Assembly: GCA_018896875.1 (NCBI GenBank)
Contig: JAHILT010000017.1
Coordinates: 1-52,494, forward strand
DNA length: 52,494 nucleotides
DNA from: Patescibacteria group bacterium
Lineage (GTDB): Bacteria; Patescibacteriota; Minisyncoccia; UBA6257; 02-FULL-45-10c
Direction: 5' to 3'
Within the stretch, counting starts at the first letter, position 1. Each line of letters begins with the position of its first letter. Positions 35,599-45,013 of this stretch are shown here, in pieces. The notes under the pieces were generated by a model. The model was not told the DNA's origin. It saw only the letters and a list, made by a program, of their open reading frames with translations, and did no database searches. Both the position numbers and the translations under genes were made by a program.

Positions 35599-36628
35599 GA
35601 AAAATTTTTTATATTGGTTGCAAGAGCATAGAATGACCGTAATCCCGGTTATTTTAGTCATTGTTATTTCAATTTTTAACATAAAGCTTCTTGCTTACTT
35701 AGAAAGACCATGGGGTGTTTTTAGCGCTAATGATTTTGCTTTTGCTGAGAGTCCTTATGAGAATAAAGAAAGTTTTAATGAATTAGATAGCGCTACAAAT
35801 AGTTTAGCATCAACATATAGTATTGATTATTTTAATACAGAAGAACAAATTAATTTTATTGTGATAGATAGCGGCTATCTTCTTAATAAAAATAATCCTT
35901 TAAGCGATATTTTGCCGTCACGAGATGGACTCCTTATATATAAAGTACAAAAAGGAGATAATCTAGCGAAAATTGCGACTAATTTTGGCATTTCTTTAAA
36001 TACTATTTTGTGGGCCAACAGAGATCTCAATTCTAATCTTCTTAAGATTGGGCAAGAAGTAGTAATATTGCCAGTATCAGGAGTTCTACATAATATACTG
36101 TTAGGAGATACGATAGAGTCTATATCCGAAAAATATTCAGTAAGTGTTAATAAAATTGTCGCGTATAATATTGGTTTGTCTCCGTCTAAATTAGAGTCAA
36201 GACAAACTATTATAGTTCCTTACGCCAAGCCATTACAAAGCTCGTCTATGGCTCAAAAATTACCTAATTATCCTGGCTATTTTGCTATCCCAACAACTGG
36301 ATGGAATTGGGGAATACTTCATAATTATAATGCGGTAGATATTGCCAATGCTTGTGGCACTTCTGTTTATGCCTCAGCTGAAGGCCTAGTGATTGAAGAG
36401 CTTCCTTCTGGTTGGAACGGAGGGTTTGGAAGATATATTTTAATTGAGCATCCAAATAATACTAAAACTAGATATGCGCATATGCAAAAAAATACAGTTT
36501 CTGTTGGTGATTATGTTTTACAAGGAGATTTGGTTGGTTATATAGGAAATACTGGACTCACTCATGGCCCTACTGGTTGTCATCTTCATTTTGAAATAAT
36601 TGGGGCTAAGAACCCCTTCGCTAAATAG
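35597..36628 (+). CDS. LysM + M23 peptidase domain protein (start uncertain)
   Basis: Two LysM repeats (YKVQKGDNL..IA; GDTIESIS); M23 motifs H..VDIA, YAH, GNTG, HLHFE. Confidence 0.9.
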   Translation: MKNFLYWLQEHRMTVIPVILVIVISIFNIKLLAYLERPWGVFSANDFAFAESPYENKESFNELDSATNSLASTYSIDYFNTEEQINFIVIDSGYLLNKNNPLSDILPSRDGLLIYKVQKGDNLAKIATNFGISLNTILWANRDLNSNLLKIGQEVVILPVSGVLHNILLGDTIESISEKYSVSVNKIVAYNIGLSPSKLESRQTIIVPYAKPLQSSSMAQKLPNYPGYFAIPTTGWNWGILHNYNAVDIANACGTSVYASAEGLVIEELPSGWNGGFGRYILIEHPNNTKTRYAHMQKNTVSVGDYVLQGDLVGYIGNTGLTHGPTGCHLHFEIIGAKNPFAK

Positions 36629-36653
36629 TTTATTGACGTGATTTTTAAAATAA

Positions 36654-36683
36654 ACCCCCACACTTATATATAAGTGTGGGGGT
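36654..36683. repeat. Perfect 30-bp CCCACAC-family palindrome; may also act as terminator
   Basis: ACCCCCACACTTATATATAAGTGTGGGGGT between convergent genes. Confidence 0.8.
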
Positions 36684-36700
36684 GGGTTGGAAGGAAAACA

Positions 36701-37357
36701 TTAGGCGTTGTTATCTAATACCTCATTTACAACGTCTCCTAATGTGAATCCTTTTTCGGGCATCTTTTTCCCTAGGCGAGCAATAACTTTTTCAAAAAGA
36801 GCTTCAATAATTTCTGCTTGCTTTTTTTGAAGTCCGTTCCCTTTCTTTAGTTTTGCTATCAGATGTTGGACGCCGAGTATTCCTTCGTCGTCTGTAACAG
36901 GAAGTCCTAGTCCGTAAGGAGATATAATATGTATAGGTCCAGGAAGTTCTTCTCTGTTTTTGTATCCAAGAAGTTTCCATCCATAAACATATTCATCTGC
37001 GCTTTCTTTAAGGCTACGTCCTAGCCCTAAGAAGCCCCTTATCTCTTCACCAAGATAATAGAATATCTGTGGTCCTGCTTTGTATCTGATGTAAGCAAGT
37101 TGGACAGACTGAGCCCATTCACGCCGATATTTACTAGGAATTTCTTTGAGCGCGTCAACAAATTGTTTGCGCTTTTCTTCGGCTTGTTTACCTAGCTCTT
37201 TTTCTGTCGGCTGTTTTTTGGCTTTTGCCCATTTGAAAGCTCTGTGCGCTTTCATAGCATTAATAGCTAATATAATAAGTTTTTTGAACTTATCAAGGAT
37301 AGCTATTTTTTCAAGTATCACTCGTTCTGCTCGCATTTCTTCAATTTTCTTATTCAT
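36701..37357 (-). CDS. Hypothetical helical protein (start moved to MNKKIEE after GGAGG SD)
   Basis: Long ORF; SD GGAGG and TTGACT-17bp-CATATT upstream. Confidence 0.65.
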   Translation of the reverse strand: MNKKIEEMRAERVILEKIAILDKFKKLIILAINAMKAHRAFKWAKAKKQPTEKELGKQAEEKRKQFVDALKEIPSKYRREWAQSVQLAYIRYKAGPQIFYYLGEEIRGFLGLGRSLKESADEYVYGWKLLGYKNREELPGPIHIISPYGLGLPVTDDEGILGVQHLIAKLKKGNGLQKKQAEIIEALFEKVIARLGKKMPEKGFTLGDVVNEVLDNNA

Positions 37358-37519
37358 TTGTCTACCCTCCAATATTAAGTTTTTTTGAAGTTTTAACTTC
37401 AGTGTTCTGTTGAATAATATGTCATAAAATATTATAAAAGTCAATAAGAGGATAAAATTAGATTGACTGTGTTAGTTATTTTATATTAAACTAATGATAA
37501 TTAATTAATTTTTATTATT

Positions 37520-37780
37520 ATGATAGAAGAAAAAGATTTACTTAAATTAAAAACAGACTTAGAAAAACGTCAAAAAGAATTGGAAGAAAAAATTGAAAAA
37601 TTAAGCAAGCCTGTTGAGTTCGGAGATGATACTGAAGGAAGTTCTTCTGATGAGGAGTCTGATGAAACAGAAGAATTTGGCAATAATCTTGCTGTGGCTG
37701 AAATTCTTAAAAAGGAATTAGTGGATATTAAGAGCGCGTTGGAAAGAATTGAGAAAGGAGAATATGGCGAACATCTCTAA
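37520..37780 (+). CDS. DksA/TraR-like coiled-coil protein lacking the C4 zinc finger
   Basis: Acidic tip DEESDETEE and L.DI.SAL.RI..G.YG; stops immediately after YG. Confidence 0.7.
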   Translation: MIEEKDLLKLKTDLEKRQKELEEKIEKLSKPVEFGDDTEGSSSDEESDETEEFGNNLAVAEILKKELVDIKSALERIEKGEYGEHL

Positions 37781-39302
37781 AGTTTTTTCTGCATCTATTG
37801 AAGGTGTAGAGGCAAGCTTGATAGAAGTGGAGACCGATATTAATATCGGTCTTCGTAATTTTAGTATAGTAGGACTGGCTGATAAGTCTCTTTCTGAAGC
37901 TAAGGAGCGTGTTGATTCGGCTATTAAAAATAGTGGAATTAAGCCTCCTTCAAAAGAAAATAAAAAAATTATTGTTAATCTTGCTCCGGCTGATATTAAA
38001 AAAACTGGCTCACAATATGATTTGTCTATAACTGTTGGCTATTTACTTGCAAGTGAGCAAATAAAAAAATTTGAATCAAAAAATAAAATATTTGTTGGTG
38101 AATTAGCATTGGACGGATCCTTGCGAAGCGTTCGTGGCATTTTGAATATTGTGCGTATGTCCAAAGAAAAAGGATTTCAAGAAATATTTATGCCCACAAG
38201 CAATGCGGTTGAAGCAGCAATAATCGATGGAATTAAAGTGTTTGGATTTAATAATTTAAATGAAATAATTGCCCATTTAGAAGGTAGAGATATTAAAAAT
38301 TGCCAACCTAAAACATTAATTGAGCCAATTACTTTTTCTGAATATCAGACAGTAGATATATCTGATATCAAAGGGCAAGAAAATGCTAAGCGAGCCTTAA
38401 CAATAACTGCTGCTGGAGGACATAATATTTTAATGCAAGGCAGTCCTGGTGCGGGAAAAACGATGCTTGCTCAAGCATTAATTTCTATTCTTCCTCCTCC
38501 CTCTCTTCAAGAAATTATTGAGATAACGCAAATATATAGTGCTGCGGTTCTTTTAGGCAAAAAATCTTTTATTAATTGGAGACCTTTTCGATCTCCTCAT
38601 CAGACTGCTTCTCCAGCCTCAATTATAGGAGGAGGACAGAATCCTCGTCCAGGAGAAATTAGTTTAGCACACAGAGGAATTCTTTTTTTAGATGAATTAC
38701 CAGAATTTAGGCGTGATATTTTAGAAGCATTAAGACAGCCAATAGAAAGTGGTAAAGCGTTTATTTCTCGCGCTAAAAACAATCTAGTTTTTCCAGCTAA
38801 ATTTGTTTTAGTTGCTGCAATGAATCCTTGTCCTTGTGGATATTATGGAGATACCGAAAAAGAATGTCGTTGTAGTGCTTTTGAAGTTTTTAGATACCAA
38901 AAGAAAATTTCAGGCCCTCTTTTAGATAGAATTGATTTACAATTGGATGTGCCGAGAGTGAAATTAGATGAATTAAAAAAGAAAAATAGTAATAATAAAT
39001 TAACAGATGAGATAAGAAGCAAAATAATTAAAGCTCGTGAAATTCAAAAAGAGCGGTTCAAAGATTTTGGGATTTTAACTAATTCGGAAATGAGCTCTAA
39101 GCTTTGCGAAGAAATGATTAAATTAGATAACGAAGCTGATAATTTCCTAAAAAATATCTTTGAAAAATCTTTAGTCTCTGCTAGAGGTTATTATAGGATT
39201 TTAAAAACTGCTCGCACTATTGCAGATTTAGAAGAATCCAAAGATGTTAATGTTTCGCATTTAGCCGAAGCTTTTCAATATCGTTTAAAAGAAAAAAAAT
39301 AG
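37764..39302 (+). CDS. comM: YifB/ComM Mg-chelatase-like AAA+ ATPase (start moved to MANISK after AAGGAG)
   Basis: IVGLAD, VNLAPAD, GELALDG, GSPGAGKT, PFRSPH, PGEISLAHRGILFLDE, AAMNPCPCG, SGPLLDRID. Confidence 0.93.
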   Translation: MANISKVFSASIEGVEASLIEVETDINIGLRNFSIVGLADKSLSEAKERVDSAIKNSGIKPPSKENKKIIVNLAPADIKKTGSQYDLSITVGYLLASEQIKKFESKNKIFVGELALDGSLRSVRGILNIVRMSKEKGFQEIFMPTSNAVEAAIIDGIKVFGFNNLNEIIAHLEGRDIKNCQPKTLIEPITFSEYQTVDISDIKGQENAKRALTITAAGGHNILMQGSPGAGKTMLAQALISILPPPSLQEIIEITQIYSAAVLLGKKSFINWRPFRSPHQTASPASIIGGGQNPRPGEISLAHRGILFLDELPEFRRDILEALRQPIESGKAFISRAKNNLVFPAKFVLVAAMNPCPCGYYGDTEKECRCSAFEVFRYQKKISGPLLDRIDLQLDVPRVKLDELKKKNSNNKLTDEIRSKIIKAREIQKERFKDFGILTNSEMSSKLCEEMIKLDNEADNFLKNIFEKSLVSARGYYRILKTARTIADLEESKDVNVSHLAEAFQYRLKEKK

Positions 39303-39354
39303 TTTTTATTTTTTCAATTTCCAATTTACGAATATACAAACAATGTGTGACTTA

Positions 39355-39779
39355 GTTCCCCTCCTTTAGGAGGGGTTAGGGGAGATTTAAAATAATGCAT
39401 CTTTCATATAATAAAAATCTTAAAAAATTAAGTCGTCAGTTGCGTGCTAATTTTACTGACGCTGAAAAATTACTTTGGTCAAAAATAAGAAAAAAACAAA
39501 TAAAAAATTATCAATTTTTTAGACAAAAGCCAATTGGAAATTATATAGTTGATTTTTATTGCGATAAAGCAAGGTTAGTAATTGAAATTGATGGTGGGCA
39601 ACATTATGAAGATAAAAATATGAGAGATGATAAAATTAGAGAAGTTTTTTTAGAAAAATAAGGATTAAAAATAATGAGATTTACAAATTTAGATGTTTTG
39701 AAAAATACATACAATGTAGTAGAAAAAATTTACAATGAAATTTAAAATCCACCCTAGCCCTCCTTTAAAAGGAGGGAAT
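39355..39779. mobile_element. DUF559 cassette bounded by inverted CCCTCCT-hairpin repeats
   Basis: Left 39355-39388 reverse-complements to AAATCTCCCCTAACCCCTCCTAAAGGAGGGGAAC, similar to right 39745-39779 AAATCCACCCTAGCCCTCCTTTAAAAGGAGGGAAT. Confidence 0.65.
39395..39745 (+). pseudogene. DUF559 / Vsr-like endonuclease with in-frame TAA at 39659-39661
   Basis: LR...TDAE..LW, F.RQ.PIG.YIVDF, LVIEIDG..H; the frame continues GLKIMRFTN..V after the stop. Confidence 0.85.
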
Positions 39780-39829
39780 AAGAATAGATAAAATTTTTCT
39801 AAAATTAATTAGAAATTAGAAATTTTCTG

Positions 39830-41059
39830 TTATTCAGTATTTCCTTCAGGATTCATGTCTTCTGTTTTTTCTGGAGAATCTGCTATCCCTCCTTCTTGGA
39901 CTTCTTCTGGTCTAGATTGAGATCTTACATCTATTTTCCATCCAGTAAGTTTGGCAGCTAAACGAACATTTTGTCCTCCTTTTCCAATCGCTAAACTTAA
40001 TTGATCTTCAGGAACGAATGCCTTAGCTTCCCTACGTTCTAAAACTTCAACAGAATTTATTTTGGCAGGAGAAAGAGAATTAGCGATAAATTCTTCTGGA
40101 CTATCAGACCATTCAATAATATCAATTTTTTCTTGTCCTAATTCATTACTTACCGACATTACTCTAGTTCCGCGTTGTCCTACGCAAGAACCAACAGGAT
40201 CAATTCCTTCGGCGTTAGAAACAACAGCTATTTTAGTACGGTTCCCTGGCTCTCTGGCTATAGCTTTTATTTCAACTGTTCCGTCGCTAACCTCTGGAAC
40301 TTCTATTTGAAATAATTTTTTTATAAATTCAGGATGAGACCTAGAAAGTATTATACCTGGAATTCTTGATTCTTCTTGAACTGCCAATAAATAAAATCTC
40401 ATTCTATTCCCTGGTTTGTAATGTTCTCCAGGGATAGTTTCGTTGGAAAACATTATCCCGACAGCTCTTCCAAGATCCACAAAAGTATTTCCTCGTTCAA
40501 ATCTTTGAATAACGCCACTTATAATTTCTCCTACTTTGTCTTGGTATTCTTTAATTATAGATCCCCTTTCTGCTTCTCTTAATTTTTGAAGTACAACTTG
40601 TTTAGCAGTTTGAGCAGCTATTCTTCCAAAGTCATCATGAATTTCTAATGGAAATTCTAATTCTTCTTCTAGTTTTATTTTTTTGTTTATTTTCTTAGCA
40701 TCTTCAATAAGAATATGACGATCTGGATTATAGCGAGGAATCTTTTCTTCGTCATCATCTATGGTCTCTTTTGAAGGCAAAATTTCTTTTTTCTTAGACT
40801 CATGGTCGGAATCACTCAACTCAAATTCTTCTATAATCTTTACAGTATTTTCGTCTTCTACAGTTTTAATTTGCCAAAATTTTAACGTACCTGTTTTTAA
40901 ATCAAATTTGCATTTTATAATTTCGCTTCTTTTGCCAAATTCTTTTTTGTAAGCCGCGGCAATAGAACTTTCAATTGCAGTTAAAATTTGTTCAGAATCA
41001 AGTCCTTTTTCTTCTGCTATTTGATCAACAGCTTTTTTAATTTCTTTTAAGTTAAACAT
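39830..41059 (-). CDS. nusA: Transcription termination factor NusA
   Basis: FGRIAAQTAKQV, LSRS, AREPG.RTKIAV, EKIDII, LSLAIGKGGQNVRLAAKLTGWKID. Confidence 0.97.
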   Translation of the reverse strand: MFNLKEIKKAVDQIAEEKGLDSEQILTAIESSIAAAYKKEFGKRSEIIKCKFDLKTGTLKFWQIKTVEDENTVKIIEEFELSDSDHESKKKEILPSKETIDDDEEKIPRYNPDRHILIEDAKKINKKIKLEEELEFPLEIHDDFGRIAAQTAKQVVLQKLREAERGSIIKEYQDKVGEIISGVIQRFERGNTFVDLGRAVGIMFSNETIPGEHYKPGNRMRFYLLAVQEESRIPGIILSRSHPEFIKKLFQIEVPEVSDGTVEIKAIAREPGNRTKIAVVSNAEGIDPVGSCVGQRGTRVMSVSNELGQEKIDIIEWSDSPEEFIANSLSPAKINSVEVLERREAKAFVPEDQLSLAIGKGGQNVRLAAKLTGWKIDVRSQSRPEEVQEGGIADSPEKTEDMNPEGNTE

Positions 41060-41187
41060 AGTAACAGTAATTAGCCACTAGCCACTAGTTATTGCGAGTG
41101 GAGTGCGGCATTTTTATAATTTAATAACTCGACTTAGCTAATTGTATTTAATATTTTTTTTACGACTTTATTAGTTATACACTAATT

Positions 41188-41260
41188 TTGAAATGACTCC
41201 GCATTGCGGAGCCATTTCAATCATTAACGTCATTATACGAATAGACTCACTAATTGTCAA
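41188..41260 (-). promoter_or_regulatory. nusA promoter and 5' leader hairpin
   Basis: Perfect TTGACA-17bp-TATAAT (41260-41232), then hairpin TTGAAATGGCTCCGC aat GCGGAGTCATTTCAA (41220-41188). Confidence 0.75.
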
Positions 41261-41270
41261 ATTTTTTCTA

Positions 41271-41319
41271 ACCCACTCCTCAATCCTCCCTCTTCTGGAA
41301 GGGGGAGGAAGGTGGGGGG
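41271..41319. repeat. Degenerate CCCTC-hairpin repeat, DUF559-flank-like
   Basis: ACCCAC..TCCTCCCTCTT ctgg AAGGGGGAGGA..GTGGGGGT. Confidence 0.5.
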
Positions 41320-41389
41320 TTATTTTCTTTCTCCTTTCCTTTCTTCTTGCTAATACCTAGTGGCTAGTACCTAATCCCTAGTGTCTATT

Positions 41390-44300
41390 TCATTCTTCTA
41401 CTATCACTTCAGCTTCAAATGATTTAGAAACACTTGAATTATTACAAGTAAGAATATATGTAGTGGTTTGATCTGGAGAAACTCGTATTGAACCATAAGT
41501 ATTAATTTCTTCGTTAACGCCTGGTTCCAAAGAACACCATTCCGCATATTCACATTTCCAGGAAAGTTCAGAATCAGTAATAAAGGCAGATTGTTTATCA
41601 ATAGTTGGAGGCAAGGCAGTGAAAGAACAAGTAGGAGCTTCAACAACTCTTAATGCAATTGATTTTATTGTTGTTCCTAATTCTCCAACACAAGTTAAAG
41701 TATAATTGAAATTCTTTTTTACAGAGCTAACAAATCTTTGAATTCCTTCAAGCTCTTTTTCTCCACCCCAAGATCCCGATGCTTCGCAAGAATCAGCGTT
41801 AGCAACGCTCCATATTAGATTGTATTCAGCTGGCGCTCCTATAATTTGTTCCGAGGCATCATTTCCATCTATTTTAAAGTTAATAATTGGGGCTGTATCT
41901 GGAGGAGGAGGTCCTTCAACAGTTATATCTACATAAGATATATTGGAAAATTTCTTATCGTTTTGCAGTAATCTAAAAATACCGTATCTATAAGTTCCAG
42001 GTTCATTATTAAATGTAAAGTTTCCCAAACGAACATTGCATTCTTTGGCGTTTTCTGGACTTTTAACCATTCCTTTAAATTCTGCGGGATTTCTTGCTAA
42101 GTCTATATTGTATAAACAATAACCACTATTAGTTAAAAGAGAACTCCATCCTTCTGTAGCATCTCTACTAGTTTTTCCGTCATTGTTTATGTCTTGATTG
42201 ACTTTCACATAAAGATCAGTTGGTTCGCCGCGAGCCACAGTAATATCTTGAGAATAAGTTATTTGGTCCGTGCTAATAGAAGCCTCAGCGACAGGCATTT
42301 GCTCTTCTGATAATTTATCTTTTCTTCCTAATAAATTATCAATCAATCCGCTTCTACTATCTCCTCCTGTTCCTCCTACAACATTTACAACAACCGTATC
42401 AGATCCTGATCCAGGGCAGTAAAGAGAATAAGTATACTTGCCATTTTTCTTTAAAGTTATATCTTCGGAACCAGCTTTAAGTTTAACCTTAAGCCAAGAG
42501 CCAGTGGCTAAACAATATTTGTCTAAATTCCAAGAGAGCGTAAATTTAGACTGGCTTTCAATCGTAATAGGCCCATCAACGCCATTGACTTTAAGATCTA
42601 TAGTGTCTTTTTCTGGTAAAACCTCTTGTTCTCTAAATGGTTTAGGAGGTGGCGGAGGGGGCTCAGGTTCTTCCCATTCAGGAAGTTCAATACTGGCGCT
42701 TTTAATTTCTATTCTTACAGTTTTTGTTTTAGACGCGCCATTAAAACCTATCGCTGTTAAGGTATATGTAGTGCTTATGGCAGGGCGAACATTTGCGGTT
42801 CCGCTTAGCGAATTGCCGACATTATGATCAATAGAAACTTTTTCAGCATCAGCAACTTCCCACGTTAAAGTAGCGAATTCGTCTTTTTCAATTTCTGTTT
42901 TGTCTGTGCTGAATTCAACTTCTGGAAGTGGCATATCTTCAACATTTCCTACTAAAATGTTGAGTTTTCGCATAGCTTCTTCAGGCCCACCTTCGCTTTC
43001 TGGAAATTCACTATTATTCACTCTAAGCACGAAAGTGTATGTTCCTGTCCTAAGGGAGCTAGTGTTTATTTTTAACGGATTGTCTCTGTTGTTTTTAATA
43101 TCCGAAGAGCTTAATAACTTTTCATCTCCAATTCCTTTTTTGAGATAAACAGATATATCAAGGGGGCCGCTATATTTATTATATTCAACTTTAACGTCCC
43201 ATTCTAATTCAAAAGTTTTTCCAATAGGTATCTGCCATTCAGTAGTTGAATCTACAGGCATAGGTATTAAATCTTTATTGTCTTCTACAATTTCAAAATC
43301 ATTTATTTCAGGATTTGGAAGAACGTCTCTAAGATCTTTCACTGAAATTTTAATTGGTTCGAAAGTTGCTTCTTCAAGCCCGTTGTCGCTTGCAGGAAAT
43401 TCATCATTATTTACTTTAATTGTGAAAGTGTATATTCCTGTTTCAAAAGAACTAGTATCTATTAGTAATGGTTCGTTTTCATTATTTTTGATTTTTGAAG
43501 AAGCTACAAACTTGCTTTTTTCAATTCCTGTTTGGCTAAAAATATCTATTGAAAGAGGACTGCCGTTTTCGTCTCCATATTCGTCATTTTCAACATCCCA
43601 TTTTAATTCAAAAGTTTTTCCCTTAATTATTTGCCATTTAGACTTTGAATTAGGTATCGCGCTGATATCTGTCAAGTCTTCATTTCCTTCTGTAATAATT
43701 TTAAAGTCTTTTATTTCTGGATCTGGAGGAATGTCCCCGACGAATACTTTTATTTCTTTTTCTTCTTTACCGCGTTCAGGAGAATTTTTTCCATCTAGTA
43801 CTCCATAGCATGAAAACGTGTATATATATATTCCTCTCTTGACATTTTCAAAAGGAAAATCGTCTGATTTCGGAGTAATTTCTCCTGTTCTTACGTTAAT
43901 TCCAACTTCGCCAACTTCTATTTTTCTTTCAAACGAATTAGATGGGCTGGTTGCATTGTCTCCTGATAAATCACAACGCGCGGATGGATTAGAAAGACCC
44001 CACTTTAATATAAGTTTATTATAGGCGTCAATTTCAAATCTATCATTTTCAGAATTTAGCGTTGCATTTGTTGATAAAGACATTGAATTTTCATCAGATC
44101 TGAGTCCACACCCGTCAAATTTCAATGGCGGATAATTGCTTGGATAAAAAGTGCCGTAGACATCACGTGGTGGTGTGTGATAATTAATGTAACACCAAAT
44201 TGTTATAGAATTAGCGCTTTTTGATGTATTTATTTCTCCAGGCAAACAGGATCTTATAATTTCCGTTTTTATTTTGTCGTAAATTCGGGGTATTGAAAAA

Positions 44301-44767
44301 TAGACTGGAAGATTGACAGCTTTTATTTGATGGTGTGTGGTACCAAAACTTTCATAATCATTTTTCTTGCATTCAGCAGGACTATGCGCTGCGCCAGGAT
44401 TGCGCAATAAAGATGCCAAATAGTTTCCATCAGCTATTGTGCTCCAGTTGGGTATTGTGCTATCAATTGCCTTCCATAATTCTTCAAGATTAGAAGCAAG
44501 AGCATAGGGTATTTTTATAGTGTCTAAACTTAGTCTTATTTGTGTAATTTTGTTCCAGTTAGGAAAATCCGATTGATTAAAAATACAATACTTATTTTCT
44601 TCTAAATCATTAAGTTGCGCGAAACTTCCGTTTTCTTTAAAGGCAGCACAATGTATTATATTACCATCTTCATCTATTGCATTTTCGTAGCCTGCAAGGC
44701 TATCTTGGGCAAATAAAAAAACAAATCCAAAAGTTATCAATAATAAAAATTTAATTTTGTTATTCAT
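41390..44767 (-). CDS. Large exported surface protein with tandem Ig-like repeats
   Basis: Signal peptide; two ~130-aa near-duplicate repeats (PEI.DF.I ... WQI..GKTFEL.WDV ... TG.YTF..VNN.EFP.S); TL.W...C...TYTL.C modules; poly-Pro linkers. Confidence 0.8.
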   Translation of the reverse strand: MNNKIKFLLLITFGFVFLFAQDSLAGYENAIDEDGNIIHCAAFKENGSFAQLNDLEENKYCIFNQSDFPNWNKITQIRLSLDTIKIPYALASNLEELWKAIDSTIPNWSTIADGNYLASLLRNPGAAHSPAECKKNDYESFGTTHHQIKAVNLPVYFSIPRIYDKIKTEIIRSCLPGEINTSKSANSITIWCYINYHTPPRDVYGTFYPSNYPPLKFDGCGLRSDENSMSLSTNATLNSENDRFEIDAYNKLILKWGLSNPSARCDLSGDNATSPSNSFERKIEVGEVGINVRTGEITPKSDDFPFENVKRGIYIYTFSCYGVLDGKNSPERGKEEKEIKVFVGDIPPDPEIKDFKIITEGNEDLTDISAIPNSKSKWQIIKGKTFELKWDVENDEYGDENGSPLSIDIFSQTGIEKSKFVASSKIKNNENEPLLIDTSSFETGIYTFTIKVNNDEFPASDNGLEEATFEPIKISVKDLRDVLPNPEINDFEIVEDNKDLIPMPVDSTTEWQIPIGKTFELEWDVKVEYNKYSGPLDISVYLKKGIGDEKLLSSSDIKNNRDNPLKINTSSLRTGTYTFVLRVNNSEFPESEGGPEEAMRKLNILVGNVEDMPLPEVEFSTDKTEIEKDEFATLTWEVADAEKVSIDHNVGNSLSGTANVRPAISTTYTLTAIGFNGASKTKTVRIEIKSASIELPEWEEPEPPPPPPKPFREQEVLPEKDTIDLKVNGVDGPITIESQSKFTLSWNLDKYCLATGSWLKVKLKAGSEDITLKKNGKYTYSLYCPGSGSDTVVVNVVGGTGGDSRSGLIDNLLGRKDKLSEEQMPVAEASISTDQITYSQDITVARGEPTDLYVKVNQDINNDGKTSRDATEGWSSLLTNSGYCLYNIDLARNPAEFKGMVKSPENAKECNVRLGNFTFNNEPGTYRYGIFRLLQNDKKFSNISYVDITVEGPPPPDTAPIINFKIDGNDASEQIIGAPAEYNLIWSVANADSCEASGSWGGEKELEGIQRFVSSVKKNFNYTLTCVGELGTTIKSIALRVVEAPTCSFTALPPTIDKQSAFITDSELSWKCEYAEWCSLEPGVNEEINTYGSIRVSPDQTTTYILTCNNSSVSKSFEAEVIVEE

Positions 44768-45013
44768 TTTTTAAAAATTTAATTCGGAAACAAATTATTT
44801 TTTTATCTTTAAAGTAATATCCGAATTTTTATTATTTAATGTATTTATAGATTATCATTTTTTTGAATGTGATACCAACCATAAAAATATAAATTTCTAA
44901 AGAAGGCTTATCTTTTCTCTTTTTCTCTTTTCCTCAATTCTTCTTTCTCTATTTTTGTTTTTCTATTCTTATTTTTGCATTTATATCTATATATATAAAT
45001 TTAGATAATCATT

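Noticed and set aside
39659-39661. Stop-codon reassignment or alternative genetic code
   Set aside because: The interrupting codon is TAA, conserved genes are intact under code 11, and TGA ends genes normally (20258, 23677, 41390).
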